DNA of 64,000 nucleotides from an uncultured Planctomycetaceae bacterium (GTDB lineage: Bacteria; Planctomycetota; Planctomycetia; Planctomycetales; Planctomycetaceae), in the NCBI GenBank assembly GCA_964573505.1, contig CAZNMS010000003.1, positions 2,052 through 66,051 on the forward strand, in the 5' to 3' direction. Made by a program: the position numbers and the translations under genes. The stretch's first letter is position 1; each line of letters begins with the position of its first letter. Of the stretch, positions 58,301-60,869 are shown in pieces. The notes below the pieces were generated by a model. That model saw only the letters and a list, made by a program, of their open reading frames with translations. It was not told the origin of the DNA and searched no databases.

Positions 58301-60832
58301 CTCATCGGCGGTGCTGCCGTCACTCAAGCAGCCGGCATCACATCTCGAAATCTCGCGATCGAGTCTGTCGGCAACATCACATTGAACCGCACTGACAACA
58401 GTGTTCCCGGTCGTCTCGCGCTGCGAGCAAGCACGGGCAGCATCGACTTCGTCAGTCAATCAGCGTTCGACATCGCCCGAGTCGATCTCGTCAACGGAGT
58501 CGCCGCCGGAGGCAATCTGCGACTGGTCGCGAACGCAACCGGCAGCGATCGCGACGTCATGCTCTTCAACACTTCGGCAACGAACGACCTCTTCGCCGCA
58601 GGCAGCTTCAACGTCTCGATCACCGGAGACGACGCGACCTTCACCGTGCAAAAGGGAGCGGTCATCAAGTCCTCTTCCGCCGACGCAAAGACCGCGCACG
58701 TCATTGAAGTCGACGATCTCGATCTGCAAGGCACGCTCATGGCGCGGAACAATCGAGTCACACTGCGACCCGCGCATCTCAATGACGCCGTGCTACTGGG
58801 CGGTGACGAACGTAACCAGCAAGCGCAAACGTTCGAACTGAGTGCCGCTGAACTCAGTCGCCTCACTGCAACAACACTCGAACTCGGTCGAGCCGACTCG
58901 ACGAGCAATCTCACTGTCACCGGCTTCGTCGCATCGCCGAACACTCCGACGTTGCGACTCAATACCGGCGGCGACGTGCTTGCTCCGAACGGCCAATTGA
59001 TCGTCACGAACCTCGCGGTGACAGCCGGCGGTTCCGCAACGCTGACCGGTAACAACAACATCGAGACGTTCGCCGCGAACGTCGGCACGCGTCGCATTGC
59101 GAGCCTGCAATTGAACGACCTCAGCAACCTCTCGCTCGGCAACGTCGACGGCATTAACGGAGCGACCGCGACCGAATGGCTCACCGTGACCTCAGCGGGT
59201 GCGTTCGGAGTGACCGGTAATGTCAGCGCTCCATTCGGCGTCACACTGACCGCAGCCGACCGCACGCGAGCCGATCAACTCACCGTGTTCGAGACCGGCA
59301 CGATCAGCAGCAACATTGCGGTCACGTTGACTGCCGGAGACCGACTCACACTGCGAACCGGTAGTCGAGTCACCGCAACGCGCGGCAGCATCATTCTGCA
59401 AAACGGAGCCCCCGACGTGCGCCCCGCAACGGTCAGCGGCACAACGATCGACGGCACGCTGACCGCATCGGATGCAATTACGGTTACAGAAGTGGCCGAC
59501 AATCTCCGAGTGACCGGCAACCTCACTGCGAACAACGTCATCGCGCTGATCACTCAAGCTGACGACCGCGTGCTGACAATCGCCAATAGCGGTGCCGTAA
59601 CCGCAAAGAACTCGATCACTCTGACTGCCGACGAAATCGACTTGCTATCATCGCTCGCGCTCACCGCACCGCTCGTCACATTGCGTCCGACCGAAGCGAG
59701 CGAGTCGATCGTGCTCGGCCTCAACTCGAACAACCGCGCCGACACACTCGAACTCAGCGACGCTGAACTCGACCGCATCGCCGCAACGACCATTCGCATT
59801 GGTCGCAACGACGTCGGAGCAGCAGCGGGGCCAATTACGCTCAGCGGAGCGATCGACACCTTGCAGGCTTCGACCCTGCATCTCATCACCGGAGCCGGCA
59901 TCGACGGAGCAAGCGGCAGCATTCAAGAGACATCGCTCGTCGTCGAAGCCGCCGACGTTGTGACTCTCAACTCGAAGCAAAACAAAGTCACCGACTTCGC
60001 CGCCCGAGTGACCGCGCCGCAGTCACTGCAATTCGTCAACTCGCAATCGCTCGGCATCGCAACGATCGACGGCATCAGCGGAGTGACTTCGCATGGCGAC
60101 ATCGCGCTCTCGAGCGTCGGCACGTTCACGGCCATCACGCCGATCACAACGACATCAAGCAACATCGCGCTGACCGCCGAGCGCGGCAACATGCTGCTCA
60201 CTCAACCGGTCACTGCGGGCACGAGCGGGCAAGTCACGCTGACCGTCATCGGCTCGACGCTGAGCAAGCCTTACACCATCACTTCAACCTCAACGGTCGG
60301 CCCGAAAGTGGTGCTTGTTGGCACCAGTAAGTTGCTGACGATTCCGTCGACGCGTCTCACAGTCTCCGCCCCCGTTCGCAAGACCGAGATCACTCAATCC
60401 GTCGACGCCGCAACGCTCGAGTTTCTCACGCAGTCGGCGATCAACGTTTGGGCCGCCGCCGGCTTGAGCACCTCTGACCTCGCAAAACTGCGAAAGGTCA
60501 AAGTGCGTTTAGCCGACCTGAATGCGAACGGCCAAAACGGGAACTTGCTCGGAGCAACCCTGAGCGACACCGAAATCATCCTCGACGAAAACGCCGCCGG
60601 CCGAGGATGGTCGCTCCGCGCCAACGGCCCCGTGACGACAAACCGAGTGGACCTCATCAGCACGATCGCGCACGAACTGGGTCACACACTGGGCCTCGAT
60701 CACAGCAGCAGCGAAGACGCGGTGATGTCCGAGTACCTCAGTCTCAACGAGCGTCATCTCCCAACCGCCGCCGACGTCGCCGCCCTCGACGCACTCTTCA
60801 GCACCAACAACCCCGCGCTCATCACCGACTAA
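28148..60832 (+). CDS. giant mosaic exoprotein (10,894 aa): RTX block, C-type-lectin-like domain, 20-residue-repeat solenoid, C-terminal metzincin-like domain
   Basis: A single open frame of 32,685 nt (GTG 28148; first ATG 28169). The translation is coherent throughout (repeat modules, recognisable domains), whereas all antisense ORFs are short and Arg/Ser/Pro-biased. Confidence 0.88.
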   Translation: MIDFEADMRLRHWLSGVAAAFRWTNRVNRRTQRRWLLPGFAKGRFERRSESLEQRLLLSGVSVGDGQRFGTDDVIAALQVDSYSQTAGAVLSIEIGGIVAGAGVDDPLEGYDQINVSGAAQLAGTLEVQLVDGFVPEVGDTFDILKFGSVSGSFDLAIGLFGIGDGTIFFEVVQQPDRLQLVARAMEQQDVEVDDRDPSVNNAFGMLLNSNYFGFDTFTITTSLSIGEFFQASGTITLKSSNETVTLADGTAINADVIRIGGDDINAFAGVGGPYFVDSDDDGDIDSDDVPNDEATGLALHDVDFALALLTPAELPSGSAPLLSWAALNATASKAEFVGVDDVTIEATNISVAMNLVRGDVTPAEAPSKVVNFAQQPLSVLTAPGKTMSIAHDGSKGELMQAVADINLEVGEFFSLEGRVGIERSAKTVALSDGSTINGDVLAIGGKDMTAFAGMNAGSADELGLVLDDVDFGLAIVRDRDDASRVFRTLQADAGLADLVGIDSVVATGTELSVGINRGPSLTGPVADFKTTPISLPDDIYEINLDGAKGRLNQVDGHLHVEVADFLQLDGDFAVEQSQTTVTLTDGSTVDAQKLTIGANDASAFVGMNADGDDAIGLELEDVSFGVALLSDTQQSSRQWIAAKGSAESAEFVGIDPLTVRAEELQFELNRAAKDGSRIDYVAHPLTIPTGPSSDVSIDFNESRARVTGHAELAIAENVTVEGNVSVTFEEIVSTNPGVIASKKTTRRAIVGIGDANIFVGDRGSSDDAVGLSITNALGGFVYQRIQGSTDPTEKPTGYAIKADGDVALVGIDGVTVSGRVGIAMNKTGAALNEVIEFPNATNGETKEILLGFPDSDPRILVTGKGVDIDLVGVAKLKGDIAITPTNPAMAAQGAVTGTKLLFAANNVEAFLGYDGKGLAMSGGEFGAIVISNGVQSLGKGSPGGIAIKGKGSVRTEGLDVTLIGDVDILVNTTGAAIDESVTQLDGTVIDVKFDAGNRIFKLFPNNFDVALDGIVADGLDSLGDLLSGIAADLQPEFDIDGAVINVNPLSIPLPGTNISVDGIVGISKLVRIGDFIKHYLDPTFLPSLPAVVYGIDGPTLRGLIDYLNAQWLPSLKGFNPVDFKGLDFTFDDQGFSLTFDAAPTFNQSADLNFGAGLDALGVSFDSNAAIDLNVKTDISLDFGVNWIDGSSRFDINKLGLQATASADDLLLSAKVGPLKVAIGDRNAQMGHVSAALGGSVSFVNGEFDFTPGTNSISADLPLYASLSGVTLGGVSPPRLLADMQFTGPNPDFNIVPVDFEKLLDFRNLGIAQLVQMFPDVRDFLSSVLNVDALSTKIPFVDVSLNQVLGFAKAFDTDVLQKLNFNRPRVDLLTGLTGSIAANSKLFTALGANFTSDLIGQDLSILAPDGSLTATYRIAAIPNATTLELEVPATAAVTDKLFVVHRPIEPIQTLQEFVVAINAAGILPPGFNVAFDPVTQVFSIPLGFKGTLPAVNAPLDFGFDFGDALALETTGTGQVNAGVEGSLAIYVDLDGQTDVAPSGSVTAGSNVLSVAADFFRSDMLQREVTIDSTSYKIARIIDARHAELDRAAVRSAADKEVTVKSGIEFGIADAKLAGNLGLAVNNMSVAAQLGFLGITAGGPQSGISIDGSASLSLDRLPGSGIAADRRFSVNDLFSGDAFDALHFDFGGNATARLKGLKVDPGFGAELPIAPSAEIAIAVQNFLDLSKVQTIFSSPSLPFSLDVAKQFNNIIPGAVVLSLPDLGNAFDFAKVGLVDIVHGVQVGLDFLDAALIDQPFYNVQLPIINRSLKDVFGFAGDFAAKLEGLSADPEAALAQAEALIEAALGLLDNNLLDFNDQIFGLRLNGNVIDVHLGLGAIFSDTFGFALDLGTLLPGVNSVGMLSDLVNADGAVTLEALAKLSIDVGIRADLAEPEIFLYDYRTERDINRDVSNLIFSSVSFPAGSSTLSETQYANIRSQMQNAINAALAGQPEGARVEKLRATVVSAVNGANGANANTDSIYGAGQLAGRRQMAILAVQDRLSRELGVEVTLLAGEQVVAANSTEMNQTRAFKEVRAVVAVPVSVEQATGTHLTIGTRIAGEGLNLGFAVGPISMSVNNGYAVLDGDGVAATRDFALFTVAVDQTSGTPHDDGKYHILSESLSENLQFSTTGRLDVNLPTQLNLGELSYDLSAPIRLQTPPELGSLGLSNLLTGLSGLPIPGNFPALNFTLPDIRAEFTRLGGSLSLVSLLNDPTKIFDGLDFALGSLEDIFDKVTGADLPFLGDNLQQAARFINGLRAGILNQLKVNVGSPDQLIEDIQLALFRAFGPNGLNILKDVSLDGLINLGDIPIQWRDLNGNVLGDWIKNAQLPDGSLDSIQFGLQLGGKLLNTGIDLPLDIDLPGFQFNVNGGFGLEMDWGFDFGFGISVSDGFYVTTKADENDPEFKFSVAAYLDGTPNTPGVTTAFVGTAQLAFFDATIRDNNRANGKPSGLDGLLSLNLKGNAAHRLTINELQSQPLETTFNPNFVVDAGLNLAVSLETPAASMMPKLKTDLVADFDWDLKNGPQVPQIDLQNLRVSVGSIVADFLRPIAQRIQGTLEPMRPLIDKLTQTIPGLDRFLPDATVMGLVNLIMKVQGKPAINWDFVYAGKEMLRLVDLVAAMQADGEILLGSLTGMGLPNPRAIAAAFDLNSLPANFRNGLLDIQQKSVGRSPVGSTERSGFKTIEYLRDINNWLKILQGGDATLFTYEMPLLGFSSGFDVPIARVGVDRLNFGVGAKGSFNAAVDLAFGYDTFGARAALSSKNPLDLLDGFYVADFSLPQFRNFQVVAGTGGVEKDEAKIDLSIGLNAGASFAVVRGGLSGSVNFKFGADLQDIAKSKLIKDANGNVIGATYISDGKIRGSEFDTMYNYQNGGFANLFNLQGEANARASAYVDVYYVLDWGNVFDATLFNTQLFKVDHKAPQVAPTLATKVGSTLYINSGSRAGDRKYFNTKDGNEKFILNGSGGTVNVEFDDWYQTYSGITHVVADMGAGNDVFDASRLNGVTVNVTGGAGKDRLFTGSAGGTLDGGAGKDVLTGKDGPDVLIGGDDNDRITAGDGNDSIDAGAGDDRIVAGAGNDSVTAGDGADRITGDAGNDSIDAGAGDDRVTAGDGDDTILAGSGNDIVSGDLGNDAIGGGDGDDRITGNDGNDILSGGSGVDRIEGQNGNDMLDGGDGNDALDGDAGDDSIFGGAGSDLINADAGNDLVDAGADDDRINGSDGDDSLSGGSGADWIEAGRGNDQLSGNGGNDLLVAGIGNDVLDGGSDDDHLLTGDGDDTARGGDGADSLSGTKGNDVLSGDGGNDTIEGDAGNDWIDGGDGDDQLSDSAGNDTLGGGRGNDAVNGAQGDDVYFFVNNWGDDLLSDFSGFTTFDFSAVATPTVSNITPAFNEVVSSSGDRARLSNSPVVSLVLGSGNDSLFVRDHLNRAFNVRDVGGNDTYELTLGQPTAARSVAIDDQSGGNALRIEQIAATAPLGISSQLLTNGKESVTFSNTFRTLDVFGSGARFDGSAVDALGGGLVIAAIPGATQINVPYEFRATGSSIDLQAPLSAPAITLESFATLDIDQRLNAKQNGYIDARVYGDSSNILLNETLTVSAGADLNGGGAGWMRLTAPDGSISPRFGTSIIGTSSTLMLTAGGSAGASHEPLETRVARLHAVTSLGGSGSVIVHEADDLALTAQGHFSPTNNNGLVINPSYQWLAAANWDNSLSDDWRDELVDGIDRFAVATGNGSIDISLAAPGSVLTLTDAEVIARRNGDDIALTADDFEFVSGENRINGTGELNIRATTDAQSYRIGSAAEHSAGSDLTPLQRDEFVDLGVRDFAAIGDNFEHVAIGHRSSANTMLIGDVSDAPTLKSTSTPRSDAAALRNSTTFFANTITVAGVVQAPIDRVAFNAFRAEIQNKNLHLPLGAPDSGVSGREVAFNLNEQLLVTGFVNGSQLVDIDITDSTGNGGFYSPTGRAISLRVDNAGSITGTQSGSRVDIDTNAEIEIAGVLEVKGANSQLDAYAGSKLTVVAAGLVVGRDTNDVLSLRAGELVSIMPGSAVTAGAAFNNSSGKPVPYKTAEGADVIINSPHELLIGGSVTSSDGMTLGAGTPRFNHRDYFQSIAVADPNHPLLTQTQYAFLLTGTLTTLADNSLLALDSASDVIIRGNINVLGANSDLRLQSDRFVYVEGFLDVRDDLQILGAATTDGRLLNRSNPRLGSSVYVHATANVVTRDAGSSIDIKGGQDVDLFGTVVSGGTITASGVDFTGPSSSLSVTAGQQVFVDTGLLASGTITLNGGIAGVTAAEAAALATPATEHLGVYISTAGGATTRGLTTDGSGGGVTITSKSDIELLGNITAGADVRQSFDSKGKFLGQSFTYSTEPARITIDTDGQAFIGGHTLNKAGQLVTTGTYLRAAQAIDINGDQHESRKALIVHAASELTVNDPNGEITLSSGQEAEILGMFVAGGRIDAQYDPQGNYLGRVPVYFDGDSTITLKAGGQLEIGQDVVAGKTINVIGGSGIAGDTTGLVIQGSGRLLTNRPNSAINFTAPGTINLLPPGHINEIEATGFIPTANGVLTQDVTLVIEVDRVDFAYRGTATLTAAATADNKGIADLRDDIQRALSNGNYIVTRSNNAAHPLGSAFTELADDPTSAGLVDPDITVKLHNGKYVFASPYRLQMLDSSSNAHLLGFYFPTSTLHSNRVYAIDAPQPGSVINFGDPNSSSGKAIIGGKVRAYSAINVPGTGLNVPAGLDLGVTGVLETINGSINLYLGADGIIKGELIAGGNGSDIKLTADNSLTIRGHLTAADQIVLTGGRTQSAGHVDLLIEPTAQLRSNGGGGSIELNAQNDLIVDGIVGPNSTALRLVALQSSDGKLLVTKSAGQVLADAPLVLKGDVVDIQGVVRQTKSASDLGALPQYAATNYSGFAAVIDGRTSTTITGDLQTVGSLRIDADGDIDIYNTTVANVGDGSRLVLTGGNITFGRDAIDADGKAFRQGAILTARDEISIDVSGTVDIGSGIKLATPDEHSKVSISAGAINIAGSVFAGANLDGEWTGTGADLTLAASRSIRFGGTGLDANGQSIAVGGNAKATGTLSIVQPTSQSSASASPTSSASPAPQLTIDARSALRVSSTGDGKLLATAPGSINIDVARDVQIFGTLEATALGDDISLTSGELILIDGFVKAADQLGVSGGTDETGVSLMLNPLILLTNADGELINSSGAPLGANEDPVRVSGGVLTTGPGGDITLAGDQALAINGNVGQPRSSSGVLITDTDSVTVTKAGHFAVLGRVEATNSIRVNATDITLGQDAVLKTRGIDGEIDLRAANNLIVSAGQSNTEPALIESAQQVHLLGNVVSFAGEAFAHADDGRVLINAVSNVTIYGDVTATSALNINSGVAANWTDEQLFGVIRVADLVGGDVLVVGALTSIDGASQIQAGRNVNVEGAAAVAGATVSRPRPVIVQTPQTIQVVTGSRQVVDGTIYVPVVTYVTTTVTEQVGTEEVRIGSYFNTADISLNPQGYYYLGAINGGSLLDYYRNYFVEGIDYFNSSIDWSNVAPPAEGTVFGALNDAQRNLVLGQLGYSEYYYSSYANLQTHQTINGIPTVTPWYPSWLNAPTVPVNFNLPGFDNKLILVPEGSQLDVLRLVSQGEPTKHTAVVGRYRDKAVVSYTQDRSHYMSDTSRSLQYDPYSRNADANGYVYKELPTTDFDNSSTRFAVNYSGGGQREFEINNRIAPGVRNVQLNRVPDWVSSPERTEGTDQLGTTIYAPDGYAAPDTYLDNWDITGSHPGQLVGIDPLGVFHPTTYTLSTGTANAGGAIELAFQPWGANEIHYSNDSSKQHAAWIENAVQQQRVDVVANDEHVWIGALRFTTFAWTFQNLGGGAFFINQDGMPYTHWGEGEPNNLGGNEIGVEFRPNGDWNDWVASNLLKYVYQTNSYWESAPIYETFYDGGGNWRNDWKTITDKRTTYRFQMVTNAHDIYGLRPKFETFEVTTKNVASKAETQWRTEPIYEDQTILVTQRVYEAASAAPAASFSGDSIAARTDITLAAGQDAVISGVLRASGTDSTINVTAGRDAIIRGVVPNGAALGTLPATAELLADGAITVSAARDVTLNTSSLLRVDADGTAETRSDITLNAGRDLAMNGPLEALGAITGTAGRNLRVTDQLSGPNSVAATNIDLRAGRSGTGNITGTIDTVLNASSSIALHAGTTSGNLQFVNSDVSASSTGSVSLVATGGALNMLGGNIKSQRLNATFRDGFTANTTAAEYDLQALGVGNVDLTNFGNVEFVSPLVVDGNVSLTNFGNVTLPSVTTTGSAASHNVAITTRPAAFGAGHLALGHFSANGNAAINVSGTFTRTQSSAVRANAVTLSAANSSLDLTTDITSLVYQTRGSGNLSINNVGSRALTVDLSVLDGAMTVVTAGALNVVKALGLTNRDANDIALSASGDMQLGLVNAGVYAASNDDARAIRLQYLSAALRAAGVLGANTPDLTPATYATLDRAAARTALINAISANDVSNALTPEQEAAEADRQLDLQHTLTSHGDITLTSGGLISELSNASFAADSAVDLIADALTVTTVGGFSGLEVALNSASVAATSSGSIELIDSDGIGNPLAGLTVSRATTPNGSITIDTPGSLDVGFITAGGAGSNLTMTAHGGRLTLQPVSGNATPVTAGSGLFLTSGENIDIKSGFSAPDSISLVAFNDVIAPGTLSLTVNQNIRLETGASLVLPGTFRANGDVTLISNAGNVSVTGTIGGNGGSLSSLAIIARGNRVESGAFRGQFQFRSLVNGQTYYGSLPDVTRENVVRDSNGNIVARPLSLKLTPYQTMQTTGVKDPVTGLEFYRDPATGVRYYRRAEDQRLFSWQLPNGLYPFSGINLLSGGASNFYSTTENPDVGTLYLGADFSVPIARSNVTALDKSYTEIFDAAIKARVVPETYGSVDDGRSSGATVDITTASISSVTNSLAMQAQGQVALGSFVPAVTSSTGSLRFAQGENVVVPASWRAANITALSSGLVDPNGNMLGGDVTLAANPTRSDGSAIGVLDLSALGTINLAVTPNPTVGLAVSYGNNILNLPSSISLSASNSFIEIHQHDSLSNARNLFANGHVTLESYAGTVSVSNGTISGSGSNLSAVRLIAANEIIVDPGRVAASLWDISGRFRIGDATGSTAILNTGSLLFRSGSTYVADINSSSYDVLNVSGTVALEPHVNLQLNGSRTETFMLISNDGSDRMTGQFENYPLRSFHDIGGTEFRVVDVLNDNDFGFATPGNLSVTSLPPGTDVRVFLDGEYLVITQNGIVVSRTHTMLIAEVTIDAPVNLQTGNGDTGGTISLDLATNSFVQTTPNETSPTIRFSNLQSLVINGGAGTDNLVLDNSGSSSDSTIAITGDSITGLGATPISFSGLDALTIDSGSGDNAFSLSGNLPNLILNTGEGGDDISINGSITSLSLDTGTGSDALHFSGTITNLVLNTGSGADEISLSGSLGTLSVDTGNGEDTDDVSIVGSFTTLNLVTGAGADNVTVGASNAGATINLDLGDDGVPDALTIRGNDGGSSTAISASSGYGLAFNRTDGTQINAKNIADGELTLDLGTGDDLVSVNFANGNPIPTGGITVNGGGQSSDTGDILAINGAGQVGAASYTPDPTTFGNGKLSFGSAGSIDFTGLEPVIVSNVASLVMTTTGSVDDIAFAAVDYSGNAAVNISGTSDGIGFELLTFFDVDNFELDLGTNDIIGGGNGNDIVRFVEHASHSIADVGASLTINGGSGSGTLTITGAAEVSDLTINSGSGNDSLTFTSVTAESLTLNTNSGDDVVNLSGSITSLDIAAADGADSITVNADVATLTVSAGNGDNSLALGGTSTTAKLITRSGSDTVSITGEHAALDIETGDASDSVTIASTSTTIRIDAGTDSASDVLTLSGSATSYDLATHDGADAISLDIAFNTLTLAAGTGSDAVALQANQANSTATLDLGTDAALDHFTFNAGAIAAALTLTAEATGLALTRADGTALHLINATTDALTIALTDAASSLTVDFSNGTAVPTGGLTINGDADALGVSNDDITLIGAGALTSAAVTPSVGITDAAQLSLNGAFGARSIAVTHIANATLDEIADLTVTTPGSSDDIALTGATVRSSSGLTLTGSSDSTDFTTLHLARIGTLHLDLAANDALNSGSGADVVSLTNGPSNIPTLAASGTDFDITTGAGIDNLNLSGDLNDVTLHSGAADDVLNIRGTSQSLLITTDAGADSLTIDGTHASLNVDFGDGADSLLAGHADEILMTPSLPLDLTAATLLGGSGADRFEIYGALGTTTLQAGADADALSLDVTAKSLTVTTDDGTASDAADSFTLSGEVTALTLATGAGEDSVSISGTHGSLDLSTGSDADNISLLGSATHVTLTSASGTDNITINGDFANLDVDSGLDADTISIAGTSSKLNVQTSDGDDSLTLTGTHGTTTLDTQAGADGLTISGTYTTLTASTGSEADTVSLDITGTTIVLATDDGADLINISGAIADLSLDTGNHSDTVNVLGEHQLVDIASSDGDDVLTLNAAIATLDVSTGSGADTLTVRNEIRTAVIDTGTENDALNVNADINSLTANTQAGDDSITINGSTLTLGINSAAGADQLIINGFMDVMTIETGTEADTVAIDTEFTRLALTANTGSDEIDLRTNSAGAVATIDLGSDSDLDHLTFHGTSADNAVLVRKESTGVEISRDDDTVVHAVHIETDTLTLPLDSSNDVLTVDYVNGNPIPTGKLIVDGESPSTSLADKLRIQGRDAIDSLTYLPSGTTFGSGSFIATGDFGTREIVFSNIENLSVAGINDFTAVTANSIDDITLANAIEDNTAAIRITGSSDDLNITPLSFYDVTTFILDLATHDSAFERSGNDSLTVIDNASTASTIANALTVLDLKTGAGADNVSINAALGTAMLDTNIGSDTITQTGSAVRLNITTDSGDDSITLDGAISSLNLTTSSGIDLLTMHGKHGTAVVDTGNENDTVSSDATFNALTLATQAGNDVVLFSGDITTLVMTNGSGTDAITIHGHFGSATIDTGTEADTVSSDALFSTLNLNTNTGADIVDLRTNSANAIANVDLGTDTDFDKLTFHGTSAANDMLLKKEVSGVEISREDHTVVHASQIESDTLHLELDVENDVLTVDYVNGNPIPTGKLIVDGEAPTSAPGDKLRLLGRGLIDSLTYLPSSTTFASGVFTTSGAFGTRDIVFSSIENLAVSGINDFTITTPNSVDNVTLAATTEDEAAAVRFSGSSDGISLSPLNFYDVTRFHLDLATHDAVSMTNESGNGNDQLALTGTRAANEVFARGLNDVELRSTRAGAIDTDNVDFLGNVRVLRDLDVHDFSTINIAAAITADRDIRFTHFDSLTSTAPVTAGRELTLIADEIHLDALATFIAPTIGLRPFTTDLPIELGGTSDNRVGVLELSDAELDRIRTDLLRIGFKTAPNRTSTELVVPTRIVDGPIDGSAGPISIIGSVTIDPANIPNLHLLTGSSLTQTAPLQVLNLAVTADDAINLPLFSNNIDSTLTLHSDWSFVTFNNSNGYSIGLVDAQSGLNAFGGSVMLSVAANPADQNLRVTNTRPLSDVYARDEITISLLGAEARFIIDTDARLESKDPLVPNRSGLVHRITADNMDLGGDILAVGQRVVLQPLTAGTALQVGRAVTTDSARTLELNDSELDRVVSKLLDVGRNDDRAAASITLNGIVTPQFASTLHLKTGGDINGANGSIGVANLALSVAGSALLTNASNQLGTLAGVIGSSGSGSLDVVDQSILTIGDADTLSGLSASGSIAISTQNAFTIRRDITAAGAIELTSRDRNTDADDLIINAGVAIRSTGNSVTITTGDDLTVLQSVVINAAKNITVTAGANAIDPTLKSVAALNGTLSAGANIALTNGSGPITLDAALTAGDAITITQTGDDQLFSATNALTAVSNINITADDINISSTSTLSAPGVLLQPAEAGERIILGATTQNRADAFELSDAELDRLSAIAVRIGRRDELATGDINVESALTMVAPTLHLIGGAAVTQAAGITSRNLAIESVGNITLNRTDNSVPGRLALRASTGSIDFVSQSAFDIARVDLVNGVAAGGNLRLVANATGSDRDVMLFNTSATNDLFAAGSFNVSITGDDATFTVQKGAVIKSSSADAKTAHVIEVDDLDLQGTLMARNNRVTLRPAHLNDAVLLGGDERNQQAQTFELSAAELSRLTATTLELGRADSTSNLTVTGFVASPNTPTLRLNTGGDVLAPNGQLIVTNLAVTAGGSATLTGNNNIETFAANVGTRRIASLQLNDLSNLSLGNVDGINGATATEWLTVTSAGAFGVTGNVSAPFGVTLTAADRTRADQLTVFETGTISSNIAVTLTAGDRLTLRTGSRVTATRGSIILQNGAPDVRPATVSGTTIDGTLTASDAITVTEVADNLRVTGNLTANNVIALITQADDRVLTIANSGAVTAKNSITLTADEIDLLSSLALTAPLVTLRPTEASESIVLGLNSNNRADTLELSDAELDRIAATTIRIGRNDVGAAAGPITLSGAIDTLQASTLHLITGAGIDGASGSIQETSLVVEAADVVTLNSKQNKVTDFAARVTAPQSLQFVNSQSLGIATIDGISGVTSHGDIALSSVGTFTAITPITTTSSNIALTAERGNMLLTQPVTAGTSGQVTLTVIGSTLSKPYTITSTSTVGPKVVLVGTSKLLTIPSTRLTVSAPVRKTEITQSVDAATLEFLTQSAINVWAAAGLSTSDLAKLRKVKVRLADLNANGQNGNLLGATLSDTEIILDENAAGRGWSLRANGPVTTNRVDLISTIAHELGHTLGLDHSSSEDAVMSEYLSLNERHLPTAADVAALDALFSTNNPALITD
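28830..30430 (+). repeat. Four diverged ~150-185-aa N-terminal modules of the giant protein
   Basis: The recurring core G.I.L.S...TV.L.DG(T/S).(I/V).(A/G)D.L.IGG.D..AF.G(M/V) starts near 28833, 29385, 29842 and 30300. Confidence 0.7.
37295..38315 (+). repeat. RTX (hemolysin-type Ca-binding) nonapeptide repeat block, about three dozen units
   Basis: Continuous GGxGxDx(L/I)x pattern: GGAGKDRLFTGSAGGTLDGGAGKDVLTGKDGPDVLIGGDDNDRITAGDGNDSIDAGAGDDRIVAG...GGRGNDAVNGAQGDD. Confidence 0.88.
45700..46019 (+). other. C-type-lectin-like domain (Cys-less) with EPN and WND motifs
   Basis: ...HVWIGALRFTTFAWTFQNLGGGAFFINQDGMPYTHWGEGEPNNLGGNEIGVEFRPNGDWNDWVASN... EPN is at 45917-45925 and WND at 45974-45982, both in the giant-ORF frame. 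Confidence 0.65.
50440..55520 (+). repeat. About 50 copies of a strict 20-residue (60-nt) repeat in four blocks, nested in 1.24-2.1-kb super-repeats
   Basis: Consensus L.(L/V).T(G/S).(G/D).D.(I/L)(T/S)(I/L).G.... The blocks span about 50440-50860, 51490-52150, 52796-54285 and 54925-55520. The super-repeat marker V(D/N)(Y/F)(V/S/A)NG(N/T)(P/A)(I/V)PTG is at 51008, 52303, 54434 and 55671. Confidence 0.85.
56400..60300 (+). repeat. Five ~220-305-aa modules marked by (L/F)EL(S/N)(D/A)(A/S)EL(D/S)R(I/L/V)
   Basis: The marker is at 56507, 57251, 58172, 58832 and 59746. Alternating spacing implies a two-module super-repeat of about 1.58 kb. Confidence 0.8.
60400..60832 (+). other. C-terminal metzincin-like zinc-protease domain
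   Basis: HELGHTLGLDH at 60671-60703 (HExxHxxGxxH), followed by a Met-turn candidate ...EDAVMSEY (Met at 60725-60727). It is preceded by ...IILDENAAGRGWSL... Confidence 0.7.
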
Positions 60833-60869
60833 GGGATCGTCGGTGAATGACTTCCCGAATTCGTCGCAT

